From IMG/VR virus record IMGVR_UViG_3300046170_000505: DNA of 64,000 bases; one strand, written 5' to 3'. Shown one piece after another: positions 49,817-60,180 of this stretch. Origin of the DNA: a virus. A model generated the notes under the pieces. It was not told where the DNA came from and made no database searches. It worked only from the letters and a program-made list of their open reading frames with translations. How positions within the stretch are numbered: the first letter of the stretch is position 1; each line of letters begins with the position of its first letter. Both the position numbers and the translations under genes were made by a program.

Positions 49817-50448
49817 ATATCTGCTGTTAACTCCTTTTTGATTTTGTCTATTGTCTTATCGTGAATGTTTATACATCCTTGAATGCTTAATTGTAATTCT
49901 TCACCTATCTTTTTCCACGGTGTCACTTTGTTTGTATCTGAGTCTTTATACCTCATCTTGAAAATTTTTGATATCCTTGAGTCGGGATCCTTCTCTATCA
50001 TTTTAAAAATTATGTCAAGGAAATCTCTTTTTGAGTGTTCTTGATTTACGTCTTTGTCTTCAGGAATTTGCTTTGCGCTAGTGTCAGTTAAGTCAATATC
50101 AGTAACTTTCCTTTTTTTTATCTCTGTTGAATAAATTCAAACACATCCACCTGGTTTCGTTCCCTAAATAAGTTGAAAATTTAGTATTTTTTTGTATCGT
50201 CATATTTAAGTGCGGCTTGATAAATATAATAGCACTTATCATCTATGAGTTCGTTTTTTGTGAGACTTGTACGGAGAAACTAAAGGTGGGGTATAGTTGT
50301 TTACCATGCTTAAAAATATTCCGCTATGCCTAGACACCAACTCAGAAAGACATTCGCCTGAATTTCCCTGCTCCTTTATTCCATTTATTAGATCTTTATC
50401 TGACATCTCAGATAAAACTTCTCCTAGAAAATGATTAACTTGATTCAT
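49813..50448 (-). CDS. Phage-encoded sigma-70-family RNA polymerase sigma factor (frameshifted in this assembly)
   Basis: Joining the frames gives SELVSRHSGIFLSMV...YQAALKYDDTK-NTKFSTYLGNETRWMCL (region 2) and IFKMRY...TPWKKIGEELQLSIQGCINIHDKTIDKIK (region 4 HTH). Confidence 0.75.
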
Positions 50449-50554
50449 GTATTATTTGTTGAAAAGAAACTATGTTAACATAATATCATAAGTAATGTCA
50501 ACATTATTTTTTAAGATTAACGTTAGACAATAATGTAAGAATACGTAAAGAATA

Positions 50555-50574
50555 TCCTCAAACCAGTTTGAGGA
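50555..50574. other. 8-bp inverted repeat TCCTCAAA-CCAG-TTTGAGGA
   Basis: Seen directly in the divergent intergenic region. Confidence 0.7.
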
Positions 50575-50579
50575 ATATA

Positions 50580-50608
50580 ATTATACATAAATAAATCTAG
50601 TATGTCAA
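50580..50608 (-). promoter_or_regulatory. Consensus sigma70 promoter driving the sigma-ssb-GT block
   Basis: The minus strand reads TTGACA (50608-50603), 17 nt, then TATAAT (50585-50580). Confidence 0.8.
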
Positions 50609-51398
50609 GTAAAAAAATTAAAGTAAGCATTTTTTGCTCAATATTTAAAGGTGGCAAATACATAGACCACTACCTGAGAGACATAACGAATCAAACTATT
50701 TTTGATGAATGCGAGTTGATATTGATCGACGCAAACTCACCAGACCAAGAATTTAAGGTAATAAAAAATTACCAAGATAAATACTCAAATATTAAATATT
50801 TGAGACTAGATAGCGATCCAGGTCTGTATGCATGTTGGAATATAGCTATACAGCAATCTTCTGCAGAAATTCTGAATAACGCAAATCTAGATGATTCAAA
50901 AAGAAAAGACGCTTTAGAAATTCAACACTCATATCTTGATCAAAACAAAGATATTGATTTAGTTTACGCAGATAGTCTTATAACAAACTCTATTAATTGC
51001 GGTTACGATGTAGCCTTAAAAGAAAGCGCTTTCAGATACAACTTCCCTGATTTCTCAATGGCAAATATAATAGACTGCAACCCTCCACACCAATCCCCTG
51101 TTTACAGGAAATCCTTACATGATAAATTCGGTTTTTTTTAATGAGTCTTACAAGTCGGCTGCAGACAATGAATTTTGGCTAAGGTGCGGCGCTAATGGAG
51201 CAAAAATGAAAAAGATAGACGATATTCTTGGAGTTTTATTATGATAACCCCACAGGGGTTTCAACTGATCCAAATAACCATTCCTGGAAAATGATCGAAG
51301 AAAAAGAGGTTAGAGATAAATACAAAGAATATGGAACCACTCATACAGGTAATGCAAGAAGAATAATAAGAAATATAAACAGCATGATAAATGTCTAA
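50602..51398 (+). CDS. GT2-family glycosyltransferase (two homopolymer frameshifts)
   Basis: VSIFCSIFKG...ELILIDANSPD...GLYACWN...NANLDD. After the T8 run near 51132 it continues as FNESYKSAADNEFWLR. Confidence 0.8.
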
Positions 51399-52068
51399 AA
51401 AAATAATATCATTTTCGCTTTGGGGCGATAACCCAAAGTATTGCGTAGGAGCTATAAAAAACGCAGAACTCAGAAAAAAAATATATCCTGACTGGATTTG
51501 TAGATTTTATGTCCATAAAGATGTTCCTGAAAAATACATAAATAAATTAAAATCTTTTAATAATACAGAAATTTTAATTGAGAATAGAGAGGCTGATTGG
51601 ACTGGAATGTTTTGGAGGTTCGAAGCGATTTCTGATGACGATGTTTCGGTGATGATTTCTAGAGACTGTGACAGTAGATTGAATTTGAGAGAATCGGAAG
51701 CTGTGCAGGAATTTATTAATAGCGACAAACTTTTTCATATTATGAGGGATCACCCTTGGCATAAGTTTAATGTTTTAGGGGGGATGTTTGGAATTAAAAA
51801 AGGTTTGTTAGATAACATGAAAGATTTATGTGCAAGTTTTTCCAAAACCAATAATTATGGAACTGATTATAAATTCTTCGATTCGATCATTAATCAAATA
51901 CCAACGGAAACTTTAATGCTTCATGATCCTTTTTTCTCTGGAGTTGATTTCCCAAGCGAAAGAAAACAAAATCAATTCGTCGGGCAGGTTTTTGATGAGA
52001 ATGATATCTGTGACCAATCTCATCTTGATGCGCTAAACATGCTATCCAATACAAATGTATTAAAATGA
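51391..52068 (+). CDS. Putative GT-A-fold glycosyltransferase
   Basis: KKIISFSLWG...MFWRF...ISRDCDSR (DxD)...MRDHPWH...GGMFG, within the glycan cluster. Confidence 0.6.
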   Translation: MSKKIISFSLWGDNPKYCVGAIKNAELRKKIYPDWICRFYVHKDVPEKYINKLKSFNNTEILIENREADWTGMFWRFEAISDDDVSVMISRDCDSRLNLRESEAVQEFINSDKLFHIMRDHPWHKFNVLGGMFGIKKGLLDNMKDLCASFSKTNNYGTDYKFFDSIINQIPTETLMLHDPFFSGVDFPSERKQNQFVGQVFDENDICDQSHLDALNMLSNTNVLK

Positions 52069-52701
52069 ACCTCTCTCTATGCATCACGTGTTGCGACTTA
52101 GACTTTCATTTGCTTGATGGATTATTAAATGAATTCCAAAAGCAAACAATATCACCAGACGAAATTATAATATCCTCAAGCGGTGTTAAGGATCAATTTT
52201 TAGAAAGATACCAAAATTTTAAAATTTGCGGCAATGATGTTTCAATAAAAATCACAAATCAAGAAGAAAGGTGGATGCAGTCATCTGCCAGAAATGCAGG
52301 AGCATTAATGAGTGATGCGGAGTATATTATGTTTTTTTGATGTTGACGACATTCCTCACCCTCAAAAAATTGAATTTTGTAAGCATTACATCCAAGATTA
52401 CGATTTCTTGCTTCATAATTACCAAACTAATAACTCAAAATTCCAAACGCTTAAATCTTTAAATATTGACACATATCATAATTTTAGCATAAATCATACT
52501 TGTACAAATTTACTTATAGATAAGAACCTACCCATTCATCATGCGCATATAACGATAAAAACAGAAATATTTAAAACATTAAAATTTAATGAATCTAAAT
52601 TTTATTACAGAAAAGAAGATGGTAAATTTTGTCAAGATTTAGTATCTAATAGATACAAGGGCATTTTCCTTAATGCGCCACTTGTGCTTTACACTCAATA
52701 A
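52065..52701 (+). CDS. GT2-like glycosyltransferase (one frameshift)
   Basis: QTISPDEIII...SARNAG...YIMFF joins DVDDIPHPQKIE (DxD) when one T is removed from the T7 run at 52332-52338. Confidence 0.75.
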
Positions 52702-53654
52702 TGATTTTTTTTAATATAGATTGTCATATTTCTGTTATAGCGGATATTAAAAACATTTTTGAGAGCTTAGGGCATAAAGTGCAGAGCTGGTGCTTATCTG
52801 GCCACAGATGGGTATTTAACTTACCTGAATGCAAATCCCCTATCATTAATTCATCTAACTGGAAGAGTCTAGATGAAAAAATGGCGGAAGACTTTTACGA
52901 CGCCCATAAAAATGAGCTAGATAAATATGATGCTTTCATCTGTGCCTACCCTCCTTGCTTCCTGAAACTGTTCGAAAAATTTAACAAACCAATCATTGTT
53001 ATCGCAGCTACCAGATATGATCACCCATACACAAATGATCCATCAAGATTAATCTGGTTAGAAGATTCGCTCATAAATAATAAAAACATAATTAAAATTG
53101 CAAATAATCAATTTGATCAAAAGTATTGCGAGCACTTTATAGGTAATAAGTGGGAATGGATCCCTAGCCTATGTGATTATACAAATGCAAGATATAAAGC
53201 AACATCAGACAAATCAGTCCTGTTTAGCAAGCTTGATACCCAAATAGATAAAAAAATAGTACATCAAAATGAATTAGGCAGGTATACTTGGAGTCATTTA
53301 TATTCGTACAATAGTATAGCGCATCTTCCTTACAATGTATCCACGATGTCAATATTCGAGCAGTATCAAGCTGGCATTCCATTAAATTTTCCATCGTTAG
53401 ATTTTGCCCTAAGCTTGGTTGCATCGGGAGTCAATTTGTTTTCTGAAATTGTTTTTCCTAATAATTTACCAGATAGGCAAGCTACAAACTTTTTAAAAAA
53501 AGAATGGCTGTCTTATGCAGATTTTTATAATGAAACCATTAAATGTAATTATTTTGAATCTGATTTTAATTTTTTAAATCAGGTAATACCGAAATCAAAT
53601 AAAGAAATTGTTCTAGAAAAATGGAAAAAATTACTTCATAATATAACACAATGA
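52701..53654 (+). CDS. Putative GT-B-like glycosyltransferase
   Basis: AHLPYNVSTMSIFEQYQAGIPL resembles the GT-B C-terminal E-x-x-x-x-G-x-P motif, and the gene lies in the glycan cluster. Confidence 0.5.
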   Translation: MIFFNIDCHISVIADIKNIFESLGHKVQSWCLSGHRWVFNLPECKSPIINSSNWKSLDEKMAEDFYDAHKNELDKYDAFICAYPPCFLKLFEKFNKPIIVIAATRYDHPYTNDPSRLIWLEDSLINNKNIIKIANNQFDQKYCEHFIGNKWEWIPSLCDYTNARYKATSDKSVLFSKLDTQIDKKIVHQNELGRYTWSHLYSYNSIAHLPYNVSTMSIFEQYQAGIPLNFPSLDFALSLVASGVNLFSEIVFPNNLPDRQATNFLKKEWLSYADFYNETIKCNYFESDFNFLNQVIPKSNKEIVLEKWKKLLHNITQ

Positions 53655-54695
53655 AAAAAATTATAATAACAGGGGTTACAGGTCAAGACGGGAGTCATAT
53701 GGTAGATTATTTACTGCAACTACTTAGCGAAAACAAATTTATGATATACGGAACTGCGCGCAGGCTTAGCGTTAAAAACCATGACAATATCTTGCATTTA
53801 GAAAATGAGCCTAGGTTCAAGCTGCTTAATATGGACTTAAATGACGCCCATAGCATCAGAGATGTTATCATTGATATACAACCAGATTATTTTATAAATT
53901 TTGGAGCACAATCTTTTGTCGCTGGCAGTTGGAATTATCCAATTCAAACTTGGAACACAGATGCTGATGCAGTTCTTCATATCCTTGAATCAATAAGGAG
54001 ATTTGCCCCCCTATGCCGTTTTTACAACGCAGGTTCTTCTGAAGAATTTGGAGATGTAATTTCCACACCTCAAAGTGAATCTCACCCACTTAGACCCCAA
54101 TCCCCTTATGGAGCCGCAAAATGCGCAGCAAGACATATTGTCAGAGTTTACAGAGAATCTTATAATCTTTACGCCATACAAGGCTGGTTATTCAATCATG
54201 AAGGGCCAAGAAGGGGTTTAGACTTTGTGACCAGAAAAATTAGCCACGGGATAGCTAGAATAAAATACTGTATAGAAAAAAACAAAAGTTTTGAGCCAAT
54301 TAGACTTGGGAATCTAGATGCAAAAAGAGATTGGTCTGACGCAGAAGATGTTATAAAATCTGTTTGGTTAATGTTAAACCAAGACAAACCTGTAGAATAC
54401 GTCATAGGTTCTGGAAAAATGAATTCAGTTAGAAATTTTATAGAAACATGTTTAGCTTGCGCTAACATTGATTTTACAAGAGAAGGAGAATTTGAGAACG
54501 AAAAATATTTTTACAAAAAAAAATCCAATTATTGTAATAGACTCAAATTTTTATAGGCCAGCAGAAGTCCATAAACTTTGTGCCGACTACTCTTTAGCCA
54601 AAAAAAATCTCAACTGGAAGCCTAGCGTTACTTTTGATAGACTTGTAGAAAAAATGTATCACAATGATTATGAGCTATTTAAATCGAAATTGTAA
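53651..54695 (+). CDS. gmd: GDP-mannose 4,6-dehydratase (frameshift at the A9 run near 54515)
   Basis: IITGVTGQDGS, AQSFVAGSW, SSEEFG, SPYGAAK, FNHEGPRRG..FVTRKI, LGNLDAKRDW. The second frame supplies FYRPAEV...LNWKP. Confidence 0.9.
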
Positions 54696-54814
54696 ATCCG
54701 TTTATTAATTGTTAATAACTTTTAAGAAGTTTAGCGTTGCCATACACTAACTCTTTTGTTATTATCACAAAATCAAAGTTATTGTTTAATTTTAAGGAAT
54801 ACACCTTAACCCCC

Positions 54815-54819
54815 GTGTA
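54815..54819 (+). promoter_or_regulatory. GTGTA motif 9 nt before the nrdA ATG
   Basis: Recurrent motif at fixed spacing. Confidence 0.55.
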
Positions 54820-54828
54820 AATTAGTCC

Positions 54829-57252
54829 ATGGATATAAAAGTTAAAAAGCGCAATGGTCGCTTAGAAGAGTTTCAAGTAGATAAGATTAACGCCAGCGCT
54901 CAGAGAGCTTGTGAAGATATAGAAGATGTTTCCGCCAGCGAAATTGTTTTAGATGCCCAGCTTCAGCTTTTTGATAAAATTACAACAAAAGAAATGGATA
55001 CAGCTCTTATTTTGTCGGCTAGAGAAAAAATAGAGAAAGAACCAAACTATTCATTTGCCGCAGCAAGATTACTGCTTAACTGCTTATATAAAGAGGTCTT
55101 TAAAGAAGGCGTGGATTCAGATACATTCTCCCTTCAGTATAGAAAGACCTTTATTCAAAATATTAAAAAATTAGTAAAGCTAAACCGTTTGAATAAAAAA
55201 CTACTTGACTTTGATTTACAAAAACTTTCTGAAGCTTTAAGAATCAGGAGAGATAAAAATTTTAAGTATTTAGGTATACAGATACTTTTTGATAGATATT
55301 TTATTAGGCAAGATGATAAAATAATGGAAGCACCCCAATGCTTCTGGATGAGAATTGCAATGGGTTTAGCTATAAATGAAAAAGATAAAACTGAAAAAGC
55401 TATAGAGTTTTATGATATGTTAAGCCAAATGCTTTATACTTCATCGACCCCCACATTGTTTAATAGCGGTACAGTTAAGTCTCAATTAAGCTCTTGTTAT
55501 CTAAATACTTTCGATGATAGTATTGATGGAATTTTTGATGGAGCTTGGCAAGAAGCTAGAAAATCTAAGTATGCTGGTGGGCTAGGTTTAGATGTAACAC
55601 CATTTCGTTCAACAGGTTCTCATATTCAGGGTACCAATGGGATATCTAGCGGTTTAGTACCTTGGTTAAAAATTTATAACGATCTCTTAGTTGCTGTCAA
55701 TCAAGGTGGAAAACGTCCAGGCGCAGGGTGCGCATACCTTGAACCTTGGCATTTAGATTTCGAAGATTTCTTAAACCTTAGGAGAAATACTGGGGATGAC
55801 AGATTAAGATGCCATGACATGAATACTGCTTCATGGATTCCAGACGAATTTATGAGAAGAGTTCAAAATGATGATGCATGGTACTTTTTTGATCCTAAAG
55901 AAACCGCTCTTCATGATTGTTTTGGAAATGAATTTGACAAAAAGTATAATCAATTATGCGATAAAGCAGAAGAAGGTTTAATAAAAAACTACCGAGTTAC
56001 CCCTGCAAAAGAATTATGGAAGAAAATGTTAAAAGTTCTTTTTGAAACTTCTCATCCATGGAATACATTCAAAGATCCCTGTAATATACGTTACACAAAT
56101 CAACACGCAGGAATTGTCAACAGTTCAAATCTATGTACGGAAATAACTTTGCATACTAAAGCTTCTAAATACGAGCAGGGAGAAAAAACAGAGATAGGCG
56201 AAACTGCTGTCTGCAACTTAGGATCGATTAATTTATTAAATCACCTTAATGAAGCTGGCAATGAATTAGATTATGTAAAATTAGAAAATACTATACGCGT
56301 TGCTATAAGAATGTTAGACAATGTTATAGACATAAACTTCTACCCCACTAAAGAATCTAAAAATTCTAACTTCAAAAATCGTCCAATCGGATTAGGGGTT
56401 ATGGCTCTTCATGATGTTCTTCATAAACTTAACATAGCAATAGACAGCGAAGAAGCTGTAGATTTCAACGACAAATTTTTTGAGTTTTATTCTATGCATG
56501 CTATTTATGCAAGCTCATTATTAGCTAAAGAAAGAGGGTCTTATGAAAATTACGAAGGCTCACTATGGAGCAAAAATATACTCCCAATTGATTCTTATAA
56601 CAACTTAACTTCTTATAGAAACAAACAGGAGTTTAAAATAGGTGAAGGTCAAACCCTAAAAGGCTGGGGTAGAATAAGGCAACATGTTTCAGATTTCGGA
56701 ATGAGAAATTCTAACGTTATGGCTATAGCTCCAACAGCTACAATTGGATACATAAACGGTGTCGAGCAAAGCATAGAACCAAACTTTTCAGTACTATTTG
56801 TTTACGAAAACAAAAGCGGAAACTTTTATATCACCAACGAGCATTTTGTTAGAGATATGAAGTCCCTTGACTTATGGAGCCCAGAATTAGCAGAATTAGT
56901 TAAAAGCGTTGATGGTGATTTATCCATGCTAAATGGTGATATACCTAACGATATTAAAAGTAAATATAAGACCGCATTTGATAGAGACATGTTTACATTA
57001 ATTGAAGCAAATGCAGCTAGGCAAAAATGGATAGATCAAGCAATTAGTTTTAATTTATATAACTCTCAAACATCATTAAAATATTTAAATGATATTTATA
57101 TGAAATGTTGGGAAAAAGGATTAAAAACAACTTACTACTTAAGAAATCGTGCAGCTAGCAAGATTGAAAAATCTACGCAATCAAATAACGAAGCTGAGTC
57201 TTGCAGTATAGAGGCAATGAAGAATGGAGAAACCTGCGAAAGCTGTCAATAA
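54829..57252 (+). CDS. nrdA: Ribonucleoside-diphosphate reductase alpha subunit with an N-terminal ATP cone
   Basis: VKKRNG ATP cone; TPTLFNSG...QLSSCYL; NQGGKRPGA; SSNLCTEI; VCNLGSINL; AIAPTATI; GLKTTYYLR; C-terminal CESCQ. Confidence 0.97.
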   Translation: MDIKVKKRNGRLEEFQVDKINASAQRACEDIEDVSASEIVLDAQLQLFDKITTKEMDTALILSAREKIEKEPNYSFAAARLLLNCLYKEVFKEGVDSDTFSLQYRKTFIQNIKKLVKLNRLNKKLLDFDLQKLSEALRIRRDKNFKYLGIQILFDRYFIRQDDKIMEAPQCFWMRIAMGLAINEKDKTEKAIEFYDMLSQMLYTSSTPTLFNSGTVKSQLSSCYLNTFDDSIDGIFDGAWQEARKSKYAGGLGLDVTPFRSTGSHIQGTNGISSGLVPWLKIYNDLLVAVNQGGKRPGAGCAYLEPWHLDFEDFLNLRRNTGDDRLRCHDMNTASWIPDEFMRRVQNDDAWYFFDPKETALHDCFGNEFDKKYNQLCDKAEEGLIKNYRVTPAKELWKKMLKVLFETSHPWNTFKDPCNIRYTNQHAGIVNSSNLCTEITLHTKASKYEQGEKTEIGETAVCNLGSINLLNHLNEAGNELDYVKLENTIRVAIRMLDNVIDINFYPTKESKNSNFKNRPIGLGVMALHDVLHKLNIAIDSEEAVDFNDKFFEFYSMHAIYASSLLAKERGSYENYEGSLWSKNILPIDSYNNLTSYRNKQEFKIGEGQTLKGWGRIRQHVSDFGMRNSNVMAIAPTATIGYINGVEQSIEPNFSVLFVYENKSGNFYITNEHFVRDMKSLDLWSPELAELVKSVDGDLSMLNGDIPNDIKSKYKTAFDRDMFTLIEANAARQKWIDQAISFNLYNSQTSLKYLNDIYMKCWEKGLKTTYYLRNRAASKIEKSTQSNNEAESCSIEAMKNGETCESCQ

Positions 57253-57637
57253 TGCTTCTGGCGTAGTTGTTTTTTATCAAAACTTCCTAGTTTTACTAGG
57301 GAAGCGCTCTAAGCTGTGTTATTTAACAGGTGAACCAGTTCCATACGGTGGATACTGGTCCATTTTTAGTGGCAGCATAGAAAAAGATGAAAACTCCAGG
57401 GATTGCGCCCAAAGAGAGTTGTTTGAGGAAACAAAAATAGAAGTAAAACCTTCCAGTCTTAACTTTTATAACACTATAAAGACTGAAAATTTAAATTTTC
57501 ATATATACTCTTTACATACGAAACAAATTCCAAAAGTAACCATAAACCAAGAACATTCTAATTATGGTTGGTTTGGCTTAAATAGTTTGCCAGACAAAAT
57601 AGACCCCAAAATCTCAGACGCTATCAAAAATATTTAA
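57224..57637 (+). CDS. NUDIX hydrolase
   Basis: Nudix box GSIEKDENSRDCAQRELFEETKI. Confidence 0.9.
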   Translation: MEKPAKAVNNASGVVVFYQNFLVLLGKRSKLCYLTGEPVPYGGYWSIFSGSIEKDENSRDCAQRELFEETKIEVKPSSLNFYNTIKTENLNFHIYSLHTKQIPKVTINQEHSNYGWFGLNSLPDKIDPKISDAIKNI

Positions 57638-57642
57638 GTGTA
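57638..57642 (+). promoter_or_regulatory. GTGTA motif 9 nt before ATG 57652
   Basis: Recurrent motif at fixed spacing. Confidence 0.55.
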
Positions 57643-57651
57643 CTCATTGTT

Positions 57652-58854
57652 ATGAGACTTAAATTAAAAACATTACTAGGCTACGCATTGCTCGATAATC
57701 CTATCGGCAAATTAATTAAAGATAACAAATTTTCTGGTTACAAATTAAATGTTTCAGAACTAGAACCTGACCCAAGAGACTGGAAGCATGTAAAAAGAAA
57801 AATACAATCCAAAGATATCGATTCAAAAGAATTCTCTAGGCGAAAAATTAGCCCTACAATAAAAGATCAAGGGAGAATTGGGTCTTGCGTCGGGCATAGC
57901 GGAAGAGTTCTTCTTGGTTCTGCTAAACTTTTTAAATCTGAAGAGCCAAGCCCAATGTGGATTTATCAAAAAGGTAAAAAATATGACGCATGGGCTGGAG
58001 AAGATTATTCTGGAACCTCAATAAGAGGCGCCGCTATGGCAGCTAAAACGGAAGGGTGCTGCTTTGAATCTTTTTGGCCTTATATAGATGATGAAAAATC
58101 TAAACCAGAAGAAGGTGCTGAATTAGACGCTTCTTATAAAAAAATTCATTCTTTTTACACCATCCCAACTAATGAAACAAACGAGATTAAAAGCATGTTG
58201 CTCAATAGGCCTCTATGGTATGCTTTTATGGTTTATGATAATTTCTTTTCTATAAAATATGATGGAGTTGTTGATACAGAAAAATATTTATCTTCAAATA
58301 AAGCTGGTGGTCATGCTGTATGCATGATTGGTTGGAAAACTATCAATGGTAAATTGTATTGGGAATTTCAAAATAGTTGGGGAATTTTTCACGGTAATCT
58401 TGGCTGCTTTTATCTTGAAGATTCTTTATTTAAAAAAATAATAATTAACTCAGTAGGACCCTATTATGTCGAAATTAATAATGGCTATATTAACCCTGAA
58501 CCAGATCCTGTCGAACCCGATCCTGATCCAGAACCTATTAATCCTGACCCTGTTGACCCTGAGCCAGATCCAGAACCTGTAGACCCAGAACCTGATCCAC
58601 AACCTGTAGACCCAAAACCTGACCCAGAGCCCGTAGACCCTAAACCAGAACCCGTAAAGCCAGAACCTAAAAAACCTTGGTATAAAAATAAAATTATCTT
58701 AATTGCTTCTGCTGCTTTAGTATTATTCAGTTCCTTGTTTGTTTTATTTAATTGTACTGGCGAAGAAGAAAATTACATACCTAATCCCCCATATATAGAC
58801 GAAAATGGTAATATTGATTGGGATAAAAAGTTCGAAGACGAAATAAATAAATAA
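57652..58854 (+). CDS. Papain-family (C1) cysteine peptidase with a Pro-rich stalk and C-terminal membrane anchor
   Basis: DQGRIGSCVG (Q, C), GGHAVCMIGW (H), QNSWG (N), followed by PDPEP repeats and IILIASAALVLFSSLFVLF. Confidence 0.88.
   Translation: MRLKLKTLLGYALLDNPIGKLIKDNKFSGYKLNVSELEPDPRDWKHVKRKIQSKDIDSKEFSRRKISPTIKDQGRIGSCVGHSGRVLLGSAKLFKSEEPSPMWIYQKGKKYDAWAGEDYSGTSIRGAAMAAKTEGCCFESFWPYIDDEKSKPEEGAELDASYKKIHSFYTIPTNETNEIKSMLLNRPLWYAFMVYDNFFSIKYDGVVDTEKYLSSNKAGGHAVCMIGWKTINGKLYWEFQNSWGIFHGNLGCFYLEDSLFKKIIINSVGPYYVEINNGYINPEPDPVEPDPDPEPINPDPVDPEPDPEPVDPEPDPQPVDPKPDPEPVDPKPEPVKPEPKKPWYKNKIILIASAALVLFSSLFVLFNCTGEEENYIPNPPYIDENGNIDWDKKFEDEINK
58492..58670 (+). repeat. Pro/Asp/Glu tandem coding repeat (~10-aa unit VDPEPDPEP)
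   Basis: NPEPDPVEPDPDPEPINPDPVDPEPDPEPVDPEPDPQPVDPKPDPEPVDPKPEPVKPEP. Confidence 0.9.
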
Positions 58855-58875
58855 AAAAGCACTCAAGTTTTATTT

Positions 58876-58880
58876 GTGTA
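58876..58880 (+). promoter_or_regulatory. GTGTA motif 9 nt before ATG 58890
   Basis: Recurrent motif at fixed spacing. Confidence 0.55.
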
Positions 58881-58889
58881 TTACTTGTT

Positions 58890-59504
58890 ATGAGTAAAAA
58901 GAAAAAACAAATATGCTGGATGTGTCTTTTAGGGTTTTCATTACTAGGTTCCATAATCTGGTTTTTAGTAGGCTGTCAAGATTCTAAATTTGAAGAAATT
59001 AAATCTATACCTGTAGTAGAAAGCAATGAAAACCATCTAACCCATTTTGATATTTCAAGGCATTTTGCCTACAAAAAATCTATGAACTGGGTTGACACCA
59101 AAGTGCCCACTGATATTAAAGTTTTTTTACTAGATGGAAAGTATTCTATAGTTGACTACTATTTTTTTAAAAAATTTAATAATTGGTTTAAAAAACTACA
59201 ATTCGAAAACGGCATTTTACCCATAGATCAAAAAGAAAATCTTGATTGCGATAATTTTGCTATGCTTTATAAATCTTTAATGTCGGTGGCTGGTTATAAA
59301 AGCTCTTCTGAACATGAGCCCGCTGTAGCTCTTTTAGTTTTAAAACAAAAAAAACCTTTTGGCGGCATACCTTCTGGTGGACTACACATGCTTTGTTTAG
59401 TTTTTACAAGCAACGGTTGGTATATAATAGAGCCACAAACAGGCGAATATATATTACTCGAAGATTATCCGAATCAAGAGAGTATTTTATATATGATAAT
59501 TTAA
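58890..59504 (+). CDS. Membrane-anchored or lipoprotein transglutaminase/papain-like protein
   Basis: N-terminal hydrophobic segment ending LVGC. LDCDNFA...LHMLCLV...YIIEPQ gives a Cys-His-Glu triad pattern. Confidence 0.6.
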   Translation: MSKKKKQICWMCLLGFSLLGSIIWFLVGCQDSKFEEIKSIPVVESNENHLTHFDISRHFAYKKSMNWVDTKVPTDIKVFLLDGKYSIVDYYFFKKFNNWFKKLQFENGILPIDQKENLDCDNFAMLYKSLMSVAGYKSSSEHEPAVALLVLKQKKPFGGIPSGGLHMLCLVFTSNGWYIIEPQTGEYILLEDYPNQESILYMII

Positions 59505-59521
59505 TGTGTAACTTTGGTTAA

Positions 59522-59836
59522 ATGAATTTAATCATAGAAGCCCCTCTATCAGAGCCACCCAGTGAAATTTCTTGCTTTAGAGATGTTACTTTGTATGGAA
59601 AGACTTTTGTTTTTGACGATGTCTTATTGCTTTGCAAAAAAGGAACCAGATCTATTTATTGGAACTGGTTAAAAGAACACGGCGCCCATGACTTTATTTC
59701 CTATCTATTAACTGATAAAGAAAAAGAGTCAGGTTTCTTAATTCACACAAAAAAAGGAGATTTAACTCTAGATAGAATAAATTATTACACAACCAATATC
59801 GTCTTAACAAAGATAAAAAATATTAGATCATTATGA
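59522..59836 (+). CDS. Hypothetical protein
   Basis: 104-aa ORF preceded by GTGTA at 59506-59510. Confidence 0.6.
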   Translation: MNLIIEAPLSEPPSEISCFRDVTLYGKTFVFDDVLLLCKKGTRSIYWNWLKEHGAHDFISYLLTDKEKESGFLIHTKKGDLTLDRINYYTTNIVLTKIKNIRSL

Positions 59837-60142
59837 ATCACTTAAAAGTTTTAACCGTTTTATTTTGTGCCCCTTTCTTTTCTACTTGCAGTATTAGAGA
59901 CTTAAAGTCAGAACCCGACCAATTCAAAATACACTCAACAGGCCGACTTTGATTTTGAAGAAGTTGATACAAACAAAGATTCTTTTATAGATAAAAAAGA
60001 AATTAAAGCATTTAAAGCTTCTGAAAACAAAGTAAAGTCAAAAGATTCGCTTTTGGTTATTTCATGCATAATAGGGTCAACATTACTTGTTTGTTTTAGT
60101 CATCAAGTTTATGTATTTTTTAGTGGTAAATTTAAAAAATGA
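59833..60142 (+). CDS. Small EF-hand membrane protein (frameshifted; missing from the ORF track)
   Basis: ATG at 59833 gives a signal-like N-terminus. A second frame encodes the EF-hand loop FEEVDTNKDSFIDKKE and a hydrophobic helix, ending at TGA 60140-60142. Confidence 0.5.
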
Positions 60143-60144
60143 TC

Positions 60145-60173
60145 TTGACATAAGCTTTAAAACGTTTTATTAT
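60145..60173 (+). promoter_or_regulatory. Sigma70 promoter TTGACA-17-TATTAT, 7 nt before the nrdB ATG
   Basis: TTGACA at 60145-60150 and TATTAT at 60168-60173. Confidence 0.7.
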
Positions 60174-60180
60174 AACCGAC

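Noticed and set aside
46907-54695. Pseudogene cluster or programmed frameshifting
   Set aside because: The breaks I traced are single extra bases in homopolymers, with intact motifs on both sides. This fits sequencing error better than decay or recoding.
54696-54800. Possible replication origin with DnaA-box-like words (TGTTAATAA, TTATCACAA)
   Set aside because: Only one or two imperfect matches in a short AT-rich gap, which is not distinguishable from chance.
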